From an uncultured Hormoscilla sp. (GTDB lineage Bacteria > Cyanobacteriota > Cyanobacteriia > Cyanobacteriales > Desertifilaceae): 64,000 nt of DNA. Position numbers and translations under genes: made by a program. This document shows positions 45,369 to 56,272 of the stretch, piece after piece. Every line of letters starts with the position of its first letter. The first letter of the stretch is position 1. The stretch spans positions 4,448,001-4,512,000 of the forward strand of contig OZ001293.3 of the NCBI GenBank assembly GCA_963921275.4, given 5' to 3'. A model generated the notes under the pieces. That model ran no database searches, was not told the DNA's origin, and saw only the letters and a list, made by a program, of their open reading frames with translations.

Positions 45369-46276
45369 TGGCAACCAGAAGTGGTCCTCCTCCAATTGTT
45401 TACATTCTGGCATTCCTCGTTCTAGCGGGGGTGGGTGGCTGGTTCTTTTTTGGCCGGAAACCAGCTACCAATACTGGCTCAAATACTCCAGTTGCTTCTC
45501 AAGCACCAGCCTCTAATACCTGGAGTAGTCAGTTTCCCCAACTAGCTGCCGTGCCAGGTGGCACGGTGGTGAGAGTTGATGGCTCCACCAGCATGGTGAA
45601 AATTAATTCATTTCTGAGAAATGGCTTTCAAGGGCAGTATCCGGGGACGACGGTGGCAGCTCAAGCCAATGGTTCCTCCGGAGGAATTCAGGCCCTTTTA
45701 GAGGGAAGGGTGGATATAGCCGCCATCTCTCGCCCCCTGAAGCCCCAAGAACAATCAGAAGGCTTGGTGGCAGTGCCAGTTACCAGTGACGCGATCGCCC
45801 TCGTGGTGGGAGTCGGGAATCCTTTGTCAGGCGGCTTAACCCAAGCTCAAGTCAGGGATATATTCCAAGGGCGAATTACCAATTGGTCAGTTGTCGGCGG
45901 CCCGAACAGACAAATTCGGGCGATCAATCGCCCATCCATTAGTGGTACCCATCATGCTTTTAAGCAACTGGTACTGAATGGGGGTAATTTCGGCACCACC
46001 GGGAATATCACCACAATGGATCGAGATGCTACAACTCCCATGCTGCGAGAGTTGCGCGATGATGGGATTGGCTATGCCACCTACGATCAAGTCAAAAACC
46101 AGCAAACAGTTCGTGCTGTTGCTGTTGATGGGGCAACTCCAGCCTTTTCTAGCTATCCCTATCAGCGGACTCTCTATTACGTTTACAAAAATCCACCTAG
46201 CGAGGCTGTTAAAGCTTTCTTAGGTTACGTCTTTTCGCCTCAAGGACAACAAGCTGTGGCAGCAGCTTCCTATTGA
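45368..46276 (+). CDS. PstS-like substrate-binding protein with N-terminal membrane anchor
   Basis: VRVDGSTSM, GSSGGIQAL, VDIAAISRPL, GRITNWSVVGG, YPYQRTLYYVYK. Confidence 0.85.
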   Translation: MATRSGPPPIVYILAFLVLAGVGGWFFFGRKPATNTGSNTPVASQAPASNTWSSQFPQLAAVPGGTVVRVDGSTSMVKINSFLRNGFQGQYPGTTVAAQANGSSGGIQALLEGRVDIAAISRPLKPQEQSEGLVAVPVTSDAIALVVGVGNPLSGGLTQAQVRDIFQGRITNWSVVGGPNRQIRAINRPSISGTHHAFKQLVLNGGNFGTTGNITTMDRDATTPMLRELRDDGIGYATYDQVKNQQTVRAVAVDGATPAFSSYPYQRTLYYVYKNPPSEAVKAFLGYVFSPQGQQAVAAASY

Positions 46277-46501
46277 GGTGCGATCGCATAGCGTGTCCAG
46301 ACTTGTCCATTGGATCAGATCGGATCCCATCGCTCCGCCTCCTATGTTTTTAATCTTGAAATTTGCTGATTTTTGCTAGTGCTGGTTTCACTCAAACCAG
46401 CACGGAAAATTCAGCAACTCCTTATGCTGCAAAGATACTTAATACTTCAGACTTGATTTCGACTACAGACTTTTCACCAGTTGATAAGAAGAGGTCCGAA
46501 A

Positions 46502-46956
46502 ATGTCTACCAGAAAAAGCGGTCCGCCTCCGATCGTCTTTATCCTGTTATTTATAATTCTGGCTGGTGCTGGCTATTACTGGTTTTCTATCAGGAAACCA
46601 GAACAACTGGTGAATACAGCTACTCCAGTTACACCAACAACACCTCCCATCTCCCCACCAACTGCAGATCCCGTTCCACATTCAATATCACCACGATGGA
46701 CCGCGATGCTACCACTCCCATGCTACGAGAGTTGGGCGATGATGGGATTGGTTATGCTACCTACGATCAAGTCAAAAACCAGTCAACAGTCAGGGCTATT
46801 GCCGTTGACGGGACAACCCCCAATATGGGAAATTATCTCTATCAACGCACTCTCTATTATGTTTACAAAAATCCACCTAACCAGGCTGTTGAAGATTTCT
46901 TAGGTTACGTCTTTTCCTCTCCAGGACGACAAGCTGTCGCCGCTGCTGACTTTTGA
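46502..46956 (+). pseudogene. Internally deleted paralogue of the PstS-like gene
   Basis: N-terminus MSTRKSGPPPIVFIL, then a frame jump near 46682 to NITTMDRDATTPMLRELGDDG. Confidence 0.85.
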
Positions 46957-47044
46957 GGTGCGATCGTCATATTCACTCTTTTACCCAGAAACCCGGTATA
47001 AGCAAAAAACCGGGTTTCTTAATGAGCGTCAATTCCCAATTTGA

Positions 47045-48905
47045 TTAAATTTTATATTTGACCACTTTCGCTGGCACAAGTTCGGAAGGATTACTGGGAG
47101 ATTTTATCTTTTGCGATGCTATCTTGAACCCAGTCATTGATATTTTTTCCAACTCTTCCCTGCTTGCCATCGGAATTTTCCGATACTTACTCTCGGGAAT
47201 TATGGCAATAAGTTGAAAGTTTGCTGATGCGTCATAACCTAGGTCAATGTAGTTATAAACATTCAGCGGATTTTCTATCCCCCACATCCCCCTGATTCTC
47301 AAGTATGTTATCCCCATTGGGTCTACTTTATTGACTCTTCCTAGTTCCTTCGTTTCTGAAAACTCTACATCGGGTATTTCTGTAATCTCATTGGCGATCG
47401 TCCTCTTCAGCCTTTGATAAGTCTCCTTTTCGGCCACATAACAATTCCCATAAATCAACCACAGCAATTTTAATTGCTTCTTTTCCACACAGCCTATTGT
47501 ATAGATTATATCTTTTTCTGTCCAATCTTCACCACAAGACTTCGTTATCGTGGGATTATCTGGCAATAGCTTTGATTTTGGATAAGAACTATTTAACTCA
47601 AGTTGCGACCTATAAAAATTGGATACAAAAAGCTATGATAAAGAGAATTATTTTCAACTCTAATCCCTTAGATGTAACAGCATGAATTGACTTGGGAAAC
47701 AAATTGGTGATTCAACTAAAACAGGTTTCAACTTGTTTTCTTGTTACTTTTTATATATATTCAAAACAAGAATATTCTTTTCTTTTTGAGTTCTTTTTTC
47801 GCAAAGGTTTTAACATTATACTTGACGACTCTTTTAGTAAATCCTCTAATTGATAATCATTATAAGCTTTATCTCCATAAACTATTGAATTTGATGGTAA
47901 GTCAAAGCCAAAAGATTGCAAAACTTTAACATCATTATAACTACCAGGATCTAGATAAAATTCTATTGGCTTTCTATTTTTGTTTACCAACATATGAACT
48001 CTTAATCCATAAAAATAACGTTTTTTACTGGCAATATACCCTCGATATTTTTCCTTGTTATAAATTTGGCATCTATCAATCCTAATATTATCACATACTG
48101 GCACCGGGAAACTATCAAGAATATATTCTTGGCCCGGATTGAGCTCTTTAAATGTTTGAGCTATAACTTGGAAGAAAAACATCCAAATTGGTTCGTCAAT
48201 ATTGTGTAATCGACGATTGAACCTACTTTTACTTAACAGATTTTTTATATACTTGTGTTGGACCATAAATTGACAAGAGCGATCGTGGTGTCCTCCGAAA
48301 AAATATGCAGCAACTAATCCGACTGTCATCACTTCGGCATTGTTCATTTTTACTTGTGGATCTTCTTTTATATTTAACGCTTTTAGTAGCTCGTCACAAA
48401 GAACAAAAATTGTTGTAATCATATCTTCCATCATCTACATCCCCCAGCAATTAACTATTATTTTAGTACATTATAACCTATAAACAGCCAACCCGCCGTC
48501 TAGCACAAAAAAAATATAATTTTGTATCAAAAGCTACGAAATATCCCAAATATCTGTAAAGTCTAAGTGGGTAATTCATATTTTTTTTAATAGGTCGCAA
48601 CTTAGGTTATTTAAGGCAATTTTCGTTCTGAGTGACTCAATTTTCTTAATCTCTACTGCATCTCCCTTTTTCAAGATTATATCTGGCGGGTTATTATGAT
48701 TGCCTTGATAGTCAAACACCTCACTATATGCTTCTACCCGCTTTTGCTCATTTTCCTCATTGATGGTATCGGCAAAAGCATCCTTTATAAATACCCCTAA
48801 AGCGCTGCCCACACCGTTGATGCTGCTTTTGCCTTTGTAGTGACCTAGTAAGTCTGTGACTGGATTGTTAACTATTGTCTTGATCGCTTGTAGTATGTTT
48901 GTCAT
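47045..48905 (-). pseudogene. NgoPII-family type II restriction endonuclease interrupted by IS982
   Basis: YQGNHNNPPDIILKKGDAVEIKKIES...IALN|SSYPKSKL...ETKELGRVNKVDPMGITYLRIRGMWGIENP. Confidence 0.85.
47596..48607 (-). mobile_element. IS982 family element with premature stop
   Basis: Same ends; duplication TATTTA; CAA>TAA at 47751-47753. Confidence 0.93.
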
Positions 48906-49174
48906 AACCAGTTGCGTTCGATCACGAACCTCCTGAGAATTTCATTTTAGCGGTTAGCATTCCCTAATACTTCCGGGACTACATCCCATCCGATCGCCCA
49001 TGACGGTGCTAGGCAAGGTTTTGCGCCTAGTTCCCCTGCCCAGTTGCCCAAAGCAACTGGGCACTGATAGAATCGAAGCCTTACGCTTGAGTTCTACAGC
49101 CCGATGCTTGCGGTCTGACAATCTCGCAGACAAGATGCCTGTAAACTGTCAGTAACACTAATACCTTTACCAGT

Positions 49175-49813
49175 ATGCCTAAAAACCGCGAGGCTGTTAA
49201 GAGCTTAATTCTCTATCACCTGTTAAAGTGGTCTGTGGTCAGCCCCATGCTGCATAGCTACTTTCAGGGACGCATCTACGGTGCCCAAAATGTCCCCCTG
49301 TCAGGACCGTTGGTGGTAGTCAGCAATCATGGCAGCTACTTTGACCCGCCTATTCTCTCTAATTGCGTCAGCCGACCGGTAGCTTTCATGGCCAAGGAAG
49401 AACTGTTTCGCATCCCTGTCTTGAAGCAAGGGATTCAACTGTACGGCGCTTACCCGGTCGATCGGGCCTCGGCGGACCGGAGTGCTATTCGTTCGGCCTT
49501 GTCCTTTCTTGAGAATGGCTGGGCCACTGGCATCTTTCTGTCCGGCACCCGCACCGCGTCTGGGCGCATTACATCACCCAAGCTAGGGGCGGCCTTAATT
49601 GCAGCTAAGGCTCAGGCCCCACTACTGCCGGTCTGTTTGTGGGGAACTCACAGGATTTTGTTAAAGGGTTCCTCTGTGCCCCGACCTGTGCCAGTGACGG
49701 TGCGGATCGGTCAGCCGATCGCTCCCCCTCCTGGAAAGGACCGGTCCGAATTAGAAGCTGTAACTGCAAAATGCGTGGCTGCTATTCATGCCCTGCACGA
49801 CTTGGGGCGTTAG
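49175..49813 (+). CDS. plsC: 1-acyl-sn-glycerol-3-phosphate acyltransferase
   Basis: NHGSYFDPP, FMAKEELF, GAYPVDR, FLSGTRT. Confidence 0.9.
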   Translation: MPKNREAVKSLILYHLLKWSVVSPMLHSYFQGRIYGAQNVPLSGPLVVVSNHGSYFDPPILSNCVSRPVAFMAKEELFRIPVLKQGIQLYGAYPVDRASADRSAIRSALSFLENGWATGIFLSGTRTASGRITSPKLGAALIAAKAQAPLLPVCLWGTHRILLKGSSVPRPVPVTVRIGQPIAPPPGKDRSELEAVTAKCVAAIHALHDLGR

Positions 49814-49845
49814 AATGAGCGGAATTGAACTGTCCAGAAGATGTG

Positions 49846-51032
49846 ATGCCAGATTTAAGAGCGAAATTAGCCGAAAATTTAGGGCGTGTCATCAGTTAAG
49901 CCAAACAACAGTAGCAGCTAGGTAGATAGCACCCAAGAAATTCTGAGCCCTCTTATCGTAACGGGTGGCAATGGCTCGATATTGCTTGAGTTTGGCAAAA
50001 AAATTCTCAATCAAATGACGTGCTTTGTATAGATATTTGTCATAACGGCGTTGTTCTTTTCGATTGGATTTAGGCGGAATCACAGGTTCGCATTGCTGGG
50101 CTTCAAGACGTTTCAAAACCCGTTCGTCAACATCAGAAGCTTTGTCTGCGAGTAACGCATCAGCCTTAATATTATCAAGTAACACATCAGCCCCTTCCAA
50201 ATCGTGAGCTTGACCGGCTGTTAAATGAAAACCCGTTGGGTTCCCCAATGCGTCACAGGTCGCGTGAATTTTGGTACTCAAACCCCCTTTACGGCGTCCG
50301 ATGGCTTGGTCGCAATCTTTTTTTTTTGAGCACCTGCACTATGTTGATGAGCCCTTTATATCGTGGCATCAATCATCGCATATTCGTTATCGGCATCGGA
50401 CGCAAGTACCTTGAATACTCTTTCCCATACCCCGGATTTTGACCACCTACTATGGCGCGTATGAATTACCCTCAAGTCCCCAAATCGCTCGGGTAAGTCC
50501 CGCCAAGGTATCCCAGCTCTATATCGATACAAGACAGCATAGACAAATAAGCGGTTATCCTTAGCTGTCCCCCCCACATAACCCTCCCGACCTGGCAATA
50601 GGTCCCTGATTCTCTCCCACTGGTCATCTTTTAAAGCATAGCGACGCATTTCTCAAATTCTCCTGCTCTAACCTTTACCCTCTTAGATCACACCAATATA
50701 TCCTGGTTGTCAACTCAATCATCTGGTTATATATTTTTGGTGGGGACCCATATCGTTAATCTAACTGATGACACGCCCTAGATGAGGCGGAGTGGGAATG
50801 GCTCAAACCTCACGTGACCCGGGATGTAGTGGTAGTTGTCGTTCCACCGTTAGATTTGCTGGAGGTGGGAGAGGCCATAGCAGGCGATCTGGTATCATCA
50901 GTGCAACATTGGATTAGCGAAGAGTTGCTTGCCAAACCCACAGCCGCCCAGATAGCTGATTGGAGCGGACTGAAGCGGTTTCGGGCCTTGATCGTCGAGC
51001 CTTACGTTCTCGTGCAAGAATTGTCCTTATAG
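49846..51032 (+). pseudogene. DUF2288-like protein interrupted by IS5
   Basis: IS removal gives MPDLRAKLAENL|DEAEWEWLKPHVTRDVVVVV...FRALIVEPYVLVQE. Confidence 0.85.
49882..50778 (-). mobile_element. IS5 family element
   Basis: 17-bp inverted ends GGGCGTGTCATCAGTTA, TA duplication; [38 protein letters not shown] split. Confidence 0.93.
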
Positions 51033-51034
51033 TT

Positions 51035-51736
51035 TTATTCTACGGATTGCAGATGAAAATCGGTATAGCGCCGCAAACGGGCCCCCGAGTGACCAGTAGC
51101 GAGCCAAAGCATGGCTCTGACACCATCTCGCACGGCCTTTTCGATCGGTTCGGGTTCCTGCCCGGAAGGAACTGGCACTGGCTTAAACTCGATTGACTGG
51201 CTGCCCAAGACAATCGTACCAATTACCCTGGCCCGGCGCATGTGGTAGTCCGATGTAATCAGATAGATTTTGTCAATTCCTTGCGCTTTCAGGTCATCAA
51301 CCACTGAGGTGAAGTTGGTGACCGTGTCAGTGGCCCGATAATCTAGATGCAGCCTCTCTAGGTCAACTCCCGCCTCAGAAAACAACCATTGAGCATATTC
51401 CCGGTTGCTGCCTCCAGAGATCCATATTTGCACGTTGGGGCGATCGCGCGCAAATTCGGCTGCAAACCGCTCTCGCTCTAATGCGCCACCTAGCACTAAC
51501 ATTGCCTGGGGTGGCCTGAGCAGACTTTTGATTTGCTGGTAGCCAAACCACAGCAATGCTAGCAGCACTAGAAGCCGCCAACCACAAAACATGCTTTCGG
51601 AGCGTTTTTTGGAGTGTTTTTTTCTCTGATGTTGCTTGTAACTACGTTTGTCTGGGCAGATGGGAAACACCATGATCGCAAAAGAATTTTGTTGTCCTGC
51701 TCTGATAAGACGCCATATCTGTCCAGTTGTATCCAT
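51035..51736 (-). CDS. YdcF/DUF218 family protein (start uncertain)
   Basis: LVLGG, LDYRATDTVTNF, LITSDYHMRRA. Confidence 0.85.
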   Translation of the reverse strand: MDTTGQIWRLIRAGQQNSFAIMVFPICPDKRSYKQHQRKKHSKKRSESMFCGWRLLVLLALLWFGYQQIKSLLRPPQAMLVLGGALERERFAAEFARDRPNVQIWISGGSNREYAQWLFSEAGVDLERLHLDYRATDTVTNFTSVVDDLKAQGIDKIYLITSDYHMRRARVIGTIVLGSQSIEFKPVPVPSGQEPEPIEKAVRDGVRAMLWLATGHSGARLRRYTDFHLQSVE

Positions 51737-51840
51737 CTTGCCTGTTTTGGGGGAGCCAAACCGGCGCTCACCCTTATTGCTCGCAGCTTGCGATCGCCTT
51801 GCAGCTTGCGATAACCTTTGACGGACGATCGCTTAAGTAA

Positions 51841-51914
51841 CGGGGCTGATGGGATTTGAACCCATGACCTAGCGCTTAGGAGGCGCTCGCTCTCTCCAAC
51901 TGAGCCACAGCCCC
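51841..51914 (-). tRNA. tRNA-Arg(CCT)
   Basis: GGGGCTG/CAGCCCC acceptor stem, anticodon arm AGCGC-CTCCTAA-GCGCT, GGTTCAAATCC T-arm. Confidence 0.95.
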
Positions 51915-52016
51915 ACATACTCAAGTCTAGCAAGATTTCTCCGATCAGACAAGTTCTTGTCAAATACAATTACTCAGACAACCAAGCTTCGTCCCAAGGA
52001 CCGCCGCCTACTTCTA

Positions 52017-52100
52017 GTTAGGGGTCGAGCTGGGAATCGCTTCGGAACCCTCCCATTCGGAACCTGAAGAGCGACTTTCACCGCACACGGCTACTGGGTA
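52017..52100 (-). mobile_element. 84-nt 3' fragment (domains V-VI) of a group II intron
   Basis: Minus strand TACCCAGTAGCCGTGTGCGGTGAAAGTCGC...CTCGACCCCTAAC. Confidence 0.85.
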
Positions 52101-52617
52101 GTTGGTCTTCGCCATTGGCGATCGCGTGAGGGTCGAGGTTGTTGGTGAAATAGATGTGACCCAGCTCCTGACCATTGTAGGTTCTTTTGCTAAAGCGCCA
52201 ACCTGGATTGAGTTCAATTTTGACGAAATCTTTTTTGACGCCGTTGGTGCGACCAATTTCCAGTTCTGGGGCATTGCGGTCATCGGGAACTCCCAGGAGA
52301 ACCAGATCCCCATTCCGTTCCTGGACGCGGAGACTGTATTTCAAGGCCATGTCAAGACCCGCCGTCCGGATGGAGAAGCCATTACTGTCCACATCGCGTC
52401 CGCAAATCCCAGTGAAGTCAAAATTTAGCAGTAATGGGTCTACAAGGGTTGTCCCGTCAGCTTGTGGCTTTTCACTCCAGCAAGCACGTTGGTTAGATTT
52501 TTTTTCCAGCACGAACAGTTGATAACCAACAATACCGCGAGGTGCAGCAATTGCGATAAAGTTGTCTTGGTCAACTTCCCGTTGGGCAAAAGTTGAAGCC
52601 ACAGATGGGGCGATTAC

Positions 52618-52840
52618 CTGAGGGGGCGACATGAGCACTCAAACGCTTACTAGATAAGGCTTTGAGGCTAATTTGCTCCTACTTGATACAGTCGCCAATT
52701 GACCATTCTTTCATTTTTATGAAGCTCAAACCCTTATAAATACGTCGTCTGTCGGCCCAAAACAGCATGGATATTGTTGGAGATTATGGGCTGGAATCCT
52801 TACGCTCGTAAGGATTTCAGCAGGCATGTCGCCCCCTCAG
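52618..52840. mobile_element. 223-bp MITE, copy 1
   Basis: Ends CTGAGGGGGCGACATG / CATGTCGCCCCCTCAG; 9-bp duplication GGCGATTAC. Confidence 0.9.
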
Positions 52841-52937
52841 GGCGATTACACTAACTGCCGATAGGGTAGCAGCGGTCAGAGCAGCAAAGGGTTTTAGAGA
52901 GGTTTTCATGGTAGATGTTTTCATGGCTTTAAAGTTG

Positions 52938-54050
52938 GGTTCTTCTCAATCTAGTATGCTAAAATAGGTCTTGAAGTTGATGCGCCCGCTCAACGGGAGA
53001 TCCTGAAAACCGGAAAACCTTTCCCAGCTTGACATTCAGCAACTAGTTGTGGTACAATTTAGATGCGCGAAAAAACAGGGAGAATTTATAAGATGCCACG
53101 CTCGAATCTAAAAATACTAACAACATTGTTAAACATTCCAGAGGTGAAAGTTGTCGGGTATACTGAGACTCATTTAACAGAAGTGATGATGACAATTGAG
53201 GCAGAAAAAAAGAAGCAATTTGCCCTAGATGTCATCAAAAAAGTCTTGCATCAGAACCATAATTATTTAATTAAGGATTTGCCTTGGGGAGAAAAAAAAG
53301 TTTTTCTCAAAATCAATCGCCGTGCGCTCGCTGTTTGAAACCGTGAGAAATTGTCATATGTAGAAGGTCGGCGTAAATATACGAAGAGACTGGGAGAACA
53401 AATGGTTCGAGAAGTATTAAATGGGGATATTATTAATGTAGCGCTTCGGTATGACTTAAAAGAATCTGAGGTTCAACAAATGCTATCTGGACAGGTTAAA
53501 ATTAAACCGAACTAAAAAAGCTAGGGATCGATGAAATTGCATTGGTAAAAGGACAAGGTAATTATTTAGCTGTTTTAGCCGTGTCTCCTGGGAGCGCTAT
53601 TCGCACTACCCAGGAGACGTGGATGTTGAGAATAGCAAACTTCTGGAAATAGTGAAGTATCGGCGACAAGAATATCTGCGAGAAGTCTTGCTATCATGGG
53701 GTCCCGAGGTGTTGAATGGTATTGAAGAAGTGAGTATAGATATGTGGAAACCGTATCAAAGTTTAGTGGAAGAATTGATGCCTAATGCTGAAGTTATAGC
53801 TAACCGTGTGACTAAGCAAGTAAATGAAGAGCTAGATAATTGTCGAAAACAAATCAAGAATGAAGCTAAAAAACTTAAGAGAAAGTCAGAAAAAGAAGAG
53901 ATATCATTGGTATTAAATAAAAGTAAAGCTCATAAAAAATTAAGAAAACCTTAAAGAAGAACAAGAGATTAAGCTGAAAGAAATTCAAGAAAAAATTCCC
54001 AAATTGGGAAAAATGCACAATCTAAAGGAGCAGCTACATATATGAGAAGT
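52938..54050 (+). mobile_element. ISL3 family remnant
   Basis: GGTTCTT end; LLNIPEVKV, IKDLPWGEKKVFLKINRR, LGIDEIALVKG, EVSIDMWKPY fragments; right end approximate. Confidence 0.8.
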
Positions 54051-54054
54051 CCGA

Positions 54055-54385
54055 AAAGGTCGTTACCCAATGATTGTTCCACTGATGCTACTTCGACTCG
54101 TATCCCTCTCCTCCTCAGCTTTTCTGCTAGATAGGCAAAATCGGAATCTCCCGTGACTAATACGACTATGTTCGGTTGCACGTCTAATGCCATCTCTATC
54201 GCGTCCATTGCCATGACTATGTCTATGTTGGCTTCATAGCTGTCTCCTTTGGCCTTGCCTTCCTTTGTGACTACTAAAAATCCGTTGCTTTTGGCCCAGT
54301 AGATGAATTTTTCTTTCATCTTCCGCTGCTCTTCAAATCGTTCTCGCGCTGGCGATAATCCTACATAGATTACCAATCTCACCGA
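54055..54385 (-). pseudogene. NYN/LabA-domain protein fragment
   Basis: ANIDIVMAMDA...VLVTGDSDFAYLAEKLRRRGIRVEVAS; truncated at both ends by IS remnants. Confidence 0.8.
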
Positions 54386-54966
54386 TTTTATCCAATAGCA
54401 CGTCAGCGCCTTGTAAGTCGTGGGCTTGGCCAGGGGTAAGATGAAATCCTGTGGGATTGCCTTGGGCAATCGCAAGTGGCATGAATCTTTGTCGATAGTC
54501 CCCCTTTACTACGGCCTATGGCTTGGGTTTCGCACGTATCTGAGGGTGTTTTTTTTGCACCCGCACGCTCGTTGATGGGCACGCAGGATGGTGGCATCAA
54601 TCGCGGCGTATTCGTTATCGGCGTCTGAGGCCAAGACATCGAATACCTGCTTCCAAACTCCCTTTTCAGACCAACGGGTATGGCGGGTATGAACAACCCG
54701 AAAATCCCCAAAACACTCCGGTAAATCCCGCCAGGGAATGCCAGCACGATATCGATATAACACGGCAGAACACGAATAATCTATTGTTCTTGGCTGTAGC
54801 GCCTGGGTCACCCTCTTTACCAGGTAAAAGGTGTTCGATCCGTTCCCACTGGTCGTCTCGCAAGCCATAGCGTCTCATATCATGCCCTCTTGATTGTTAT
54901 TGCTGGATAAGGACTCCATACCGTATCCATCTATTTCTGTCAAGCAATTTGATTGATGACACACCC
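54380..54966 (-). mobile_element. IS5 family element, truncated
   Basis: End ATTGATGACACACCC+[37 protein letters not shown] fragments. Confidence 0.85.
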
Positions 54967-55444
54967 TAAGTAATCGCGGATTTTGTGCCAATCTATTTTG
55001 CGATTGAAACTTTGCGCGCTCAAGAATGTATTGTCGCTATCCGCCAGAATTAGCACCTTTCGAGAAGTTGCCATCGTTTATTCGCCTGTTACCTTTGCTT
55101 TTGCTACTTACGATTAAAACTCATGTGGGGAAAGAGGGTTTTCTCTTCTACACTGGTGCTCGTCTCTCGATGTGCCGGTTGCTTCTGACTGTCTCGCCGA
55201 TCTCCTTACAGGCGGGCGTTCCGTTTCCTGCGGAGACCCAACCTACTGATGGTTTCTCTTCTGCCGGTAGTTTTTTTATTTGCCACCGGTTGCACGGGGG
55301 GCGATCGCCTCCGACGCTCTAGGGTTTCCAGGAGACTGTTTTCTGGGAGTGATCGGTGCTTATTGAAGGCTTTGACGGTTATTTACGTATAGGTATGTTT
55401 TTTAAGTATCTGGTGTAAAAATGGGGTTTCTGACCCCTTTTAGG

Positions 55445-55490
55445 GGCTCGTGGTCGGCTCGTGGTCGGCTCGTGGTCGGCTCGTGGTCGG
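55445..55490. repeat. 11-bp tandem repeat x4
   Basis: GGCTCGTGGTC repeated. Confidence 0.85.
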
Positions 55491-55624
55491 ATTTAAAGGG
55501 ATGCTTGGGAGCGGGAGGTTTACGCAGTATGGGGTCCCAGGAGACAAACAGCACTCCTAAGCCCTGCTGATAGTTCGGTTTGCTCGAGTACAAATACCTG
55601 AGAACTTAAGAACGAAGGATTATC

Positions 55625-56272
55625 CTGCGGGCTTGTGGGTTTATGCTGTAGAGGCACATGAAGTTAGCTCACCTCCAGGAGTAGAACCGATTAATTGGCG
55701 GTTATTAACCACCCATGAGGTCCTTTGCCTCGAACAAGCTCTGCAAGTCATTCAATGGTATTGCTGGGCCCAGAGAGCAACTCTTTGCCACTGTTAAAAC
55801 AGCCGGGTTAAATATTGAAGCCACTCAACTCGAATCGATAGAAGCTATTAAACGCTCTTCGCATTTTGGCCTTATCGGTCGCTGTGCGGACCCTACAACA
55901 GGTCCTTGGGCGAGATAACCCAGCTCTACCTGCTGGAGTTGCTTTCTCTAATCAGCAACCTGAGGGGGCGACATGAGCCCTCAAAAGCTTACTAGATAAG
56001 GCTTTGAGGCCAATAGGTTCGGACAAGATACAGTCGCATCAGTACCATCCTTTCATTTTCATGAAGCTCAAACCCTTTATAACTACGTCGTCTGTCTGCC
56101 CAAAACAGCATGTATCTTGTTGAAGCTTATGGGCTGAAATTCTTACGCTCGTATGGATTTCAGCAGGCATGTCGCCCCCCCAGATCAGCAACAACAATGT
56201 CTCGAACAACTTGCACCTTCCTTGGAAGGACGGACTTCATGGAGAGCAAAACCCTTACCCCCTAGCTTCTTT
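55625..56272 (+). mobile_element. IS4 family transposase remnant
   Basis: PPGVEPINWRLLTTHEV...QVIQWYC...EQLFATVKTAGLNIEATQL; ends approximate. Confidence 0.75.
55960..56183. mobile_element. 224-bp MITE, copy 2
   Basis: Same family as 52618-52840; 9-bp duplication ATCAGCAAC. Confidence 0.9.

Larger units (their letters stand above)
51970..52909 (-). pseudogene. DUF3747-like secreted protein disrupted by a MITE and an intron fragment
   Basis: Reconstructed MKTSLKPFAALTAATLSAVSVIAP...FAQREVDQDNFIAIAAP...DPLLLNFDFTGICGR...GEDQL|EVGGGPWDEAWLSE*. Confidence 0.8.
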
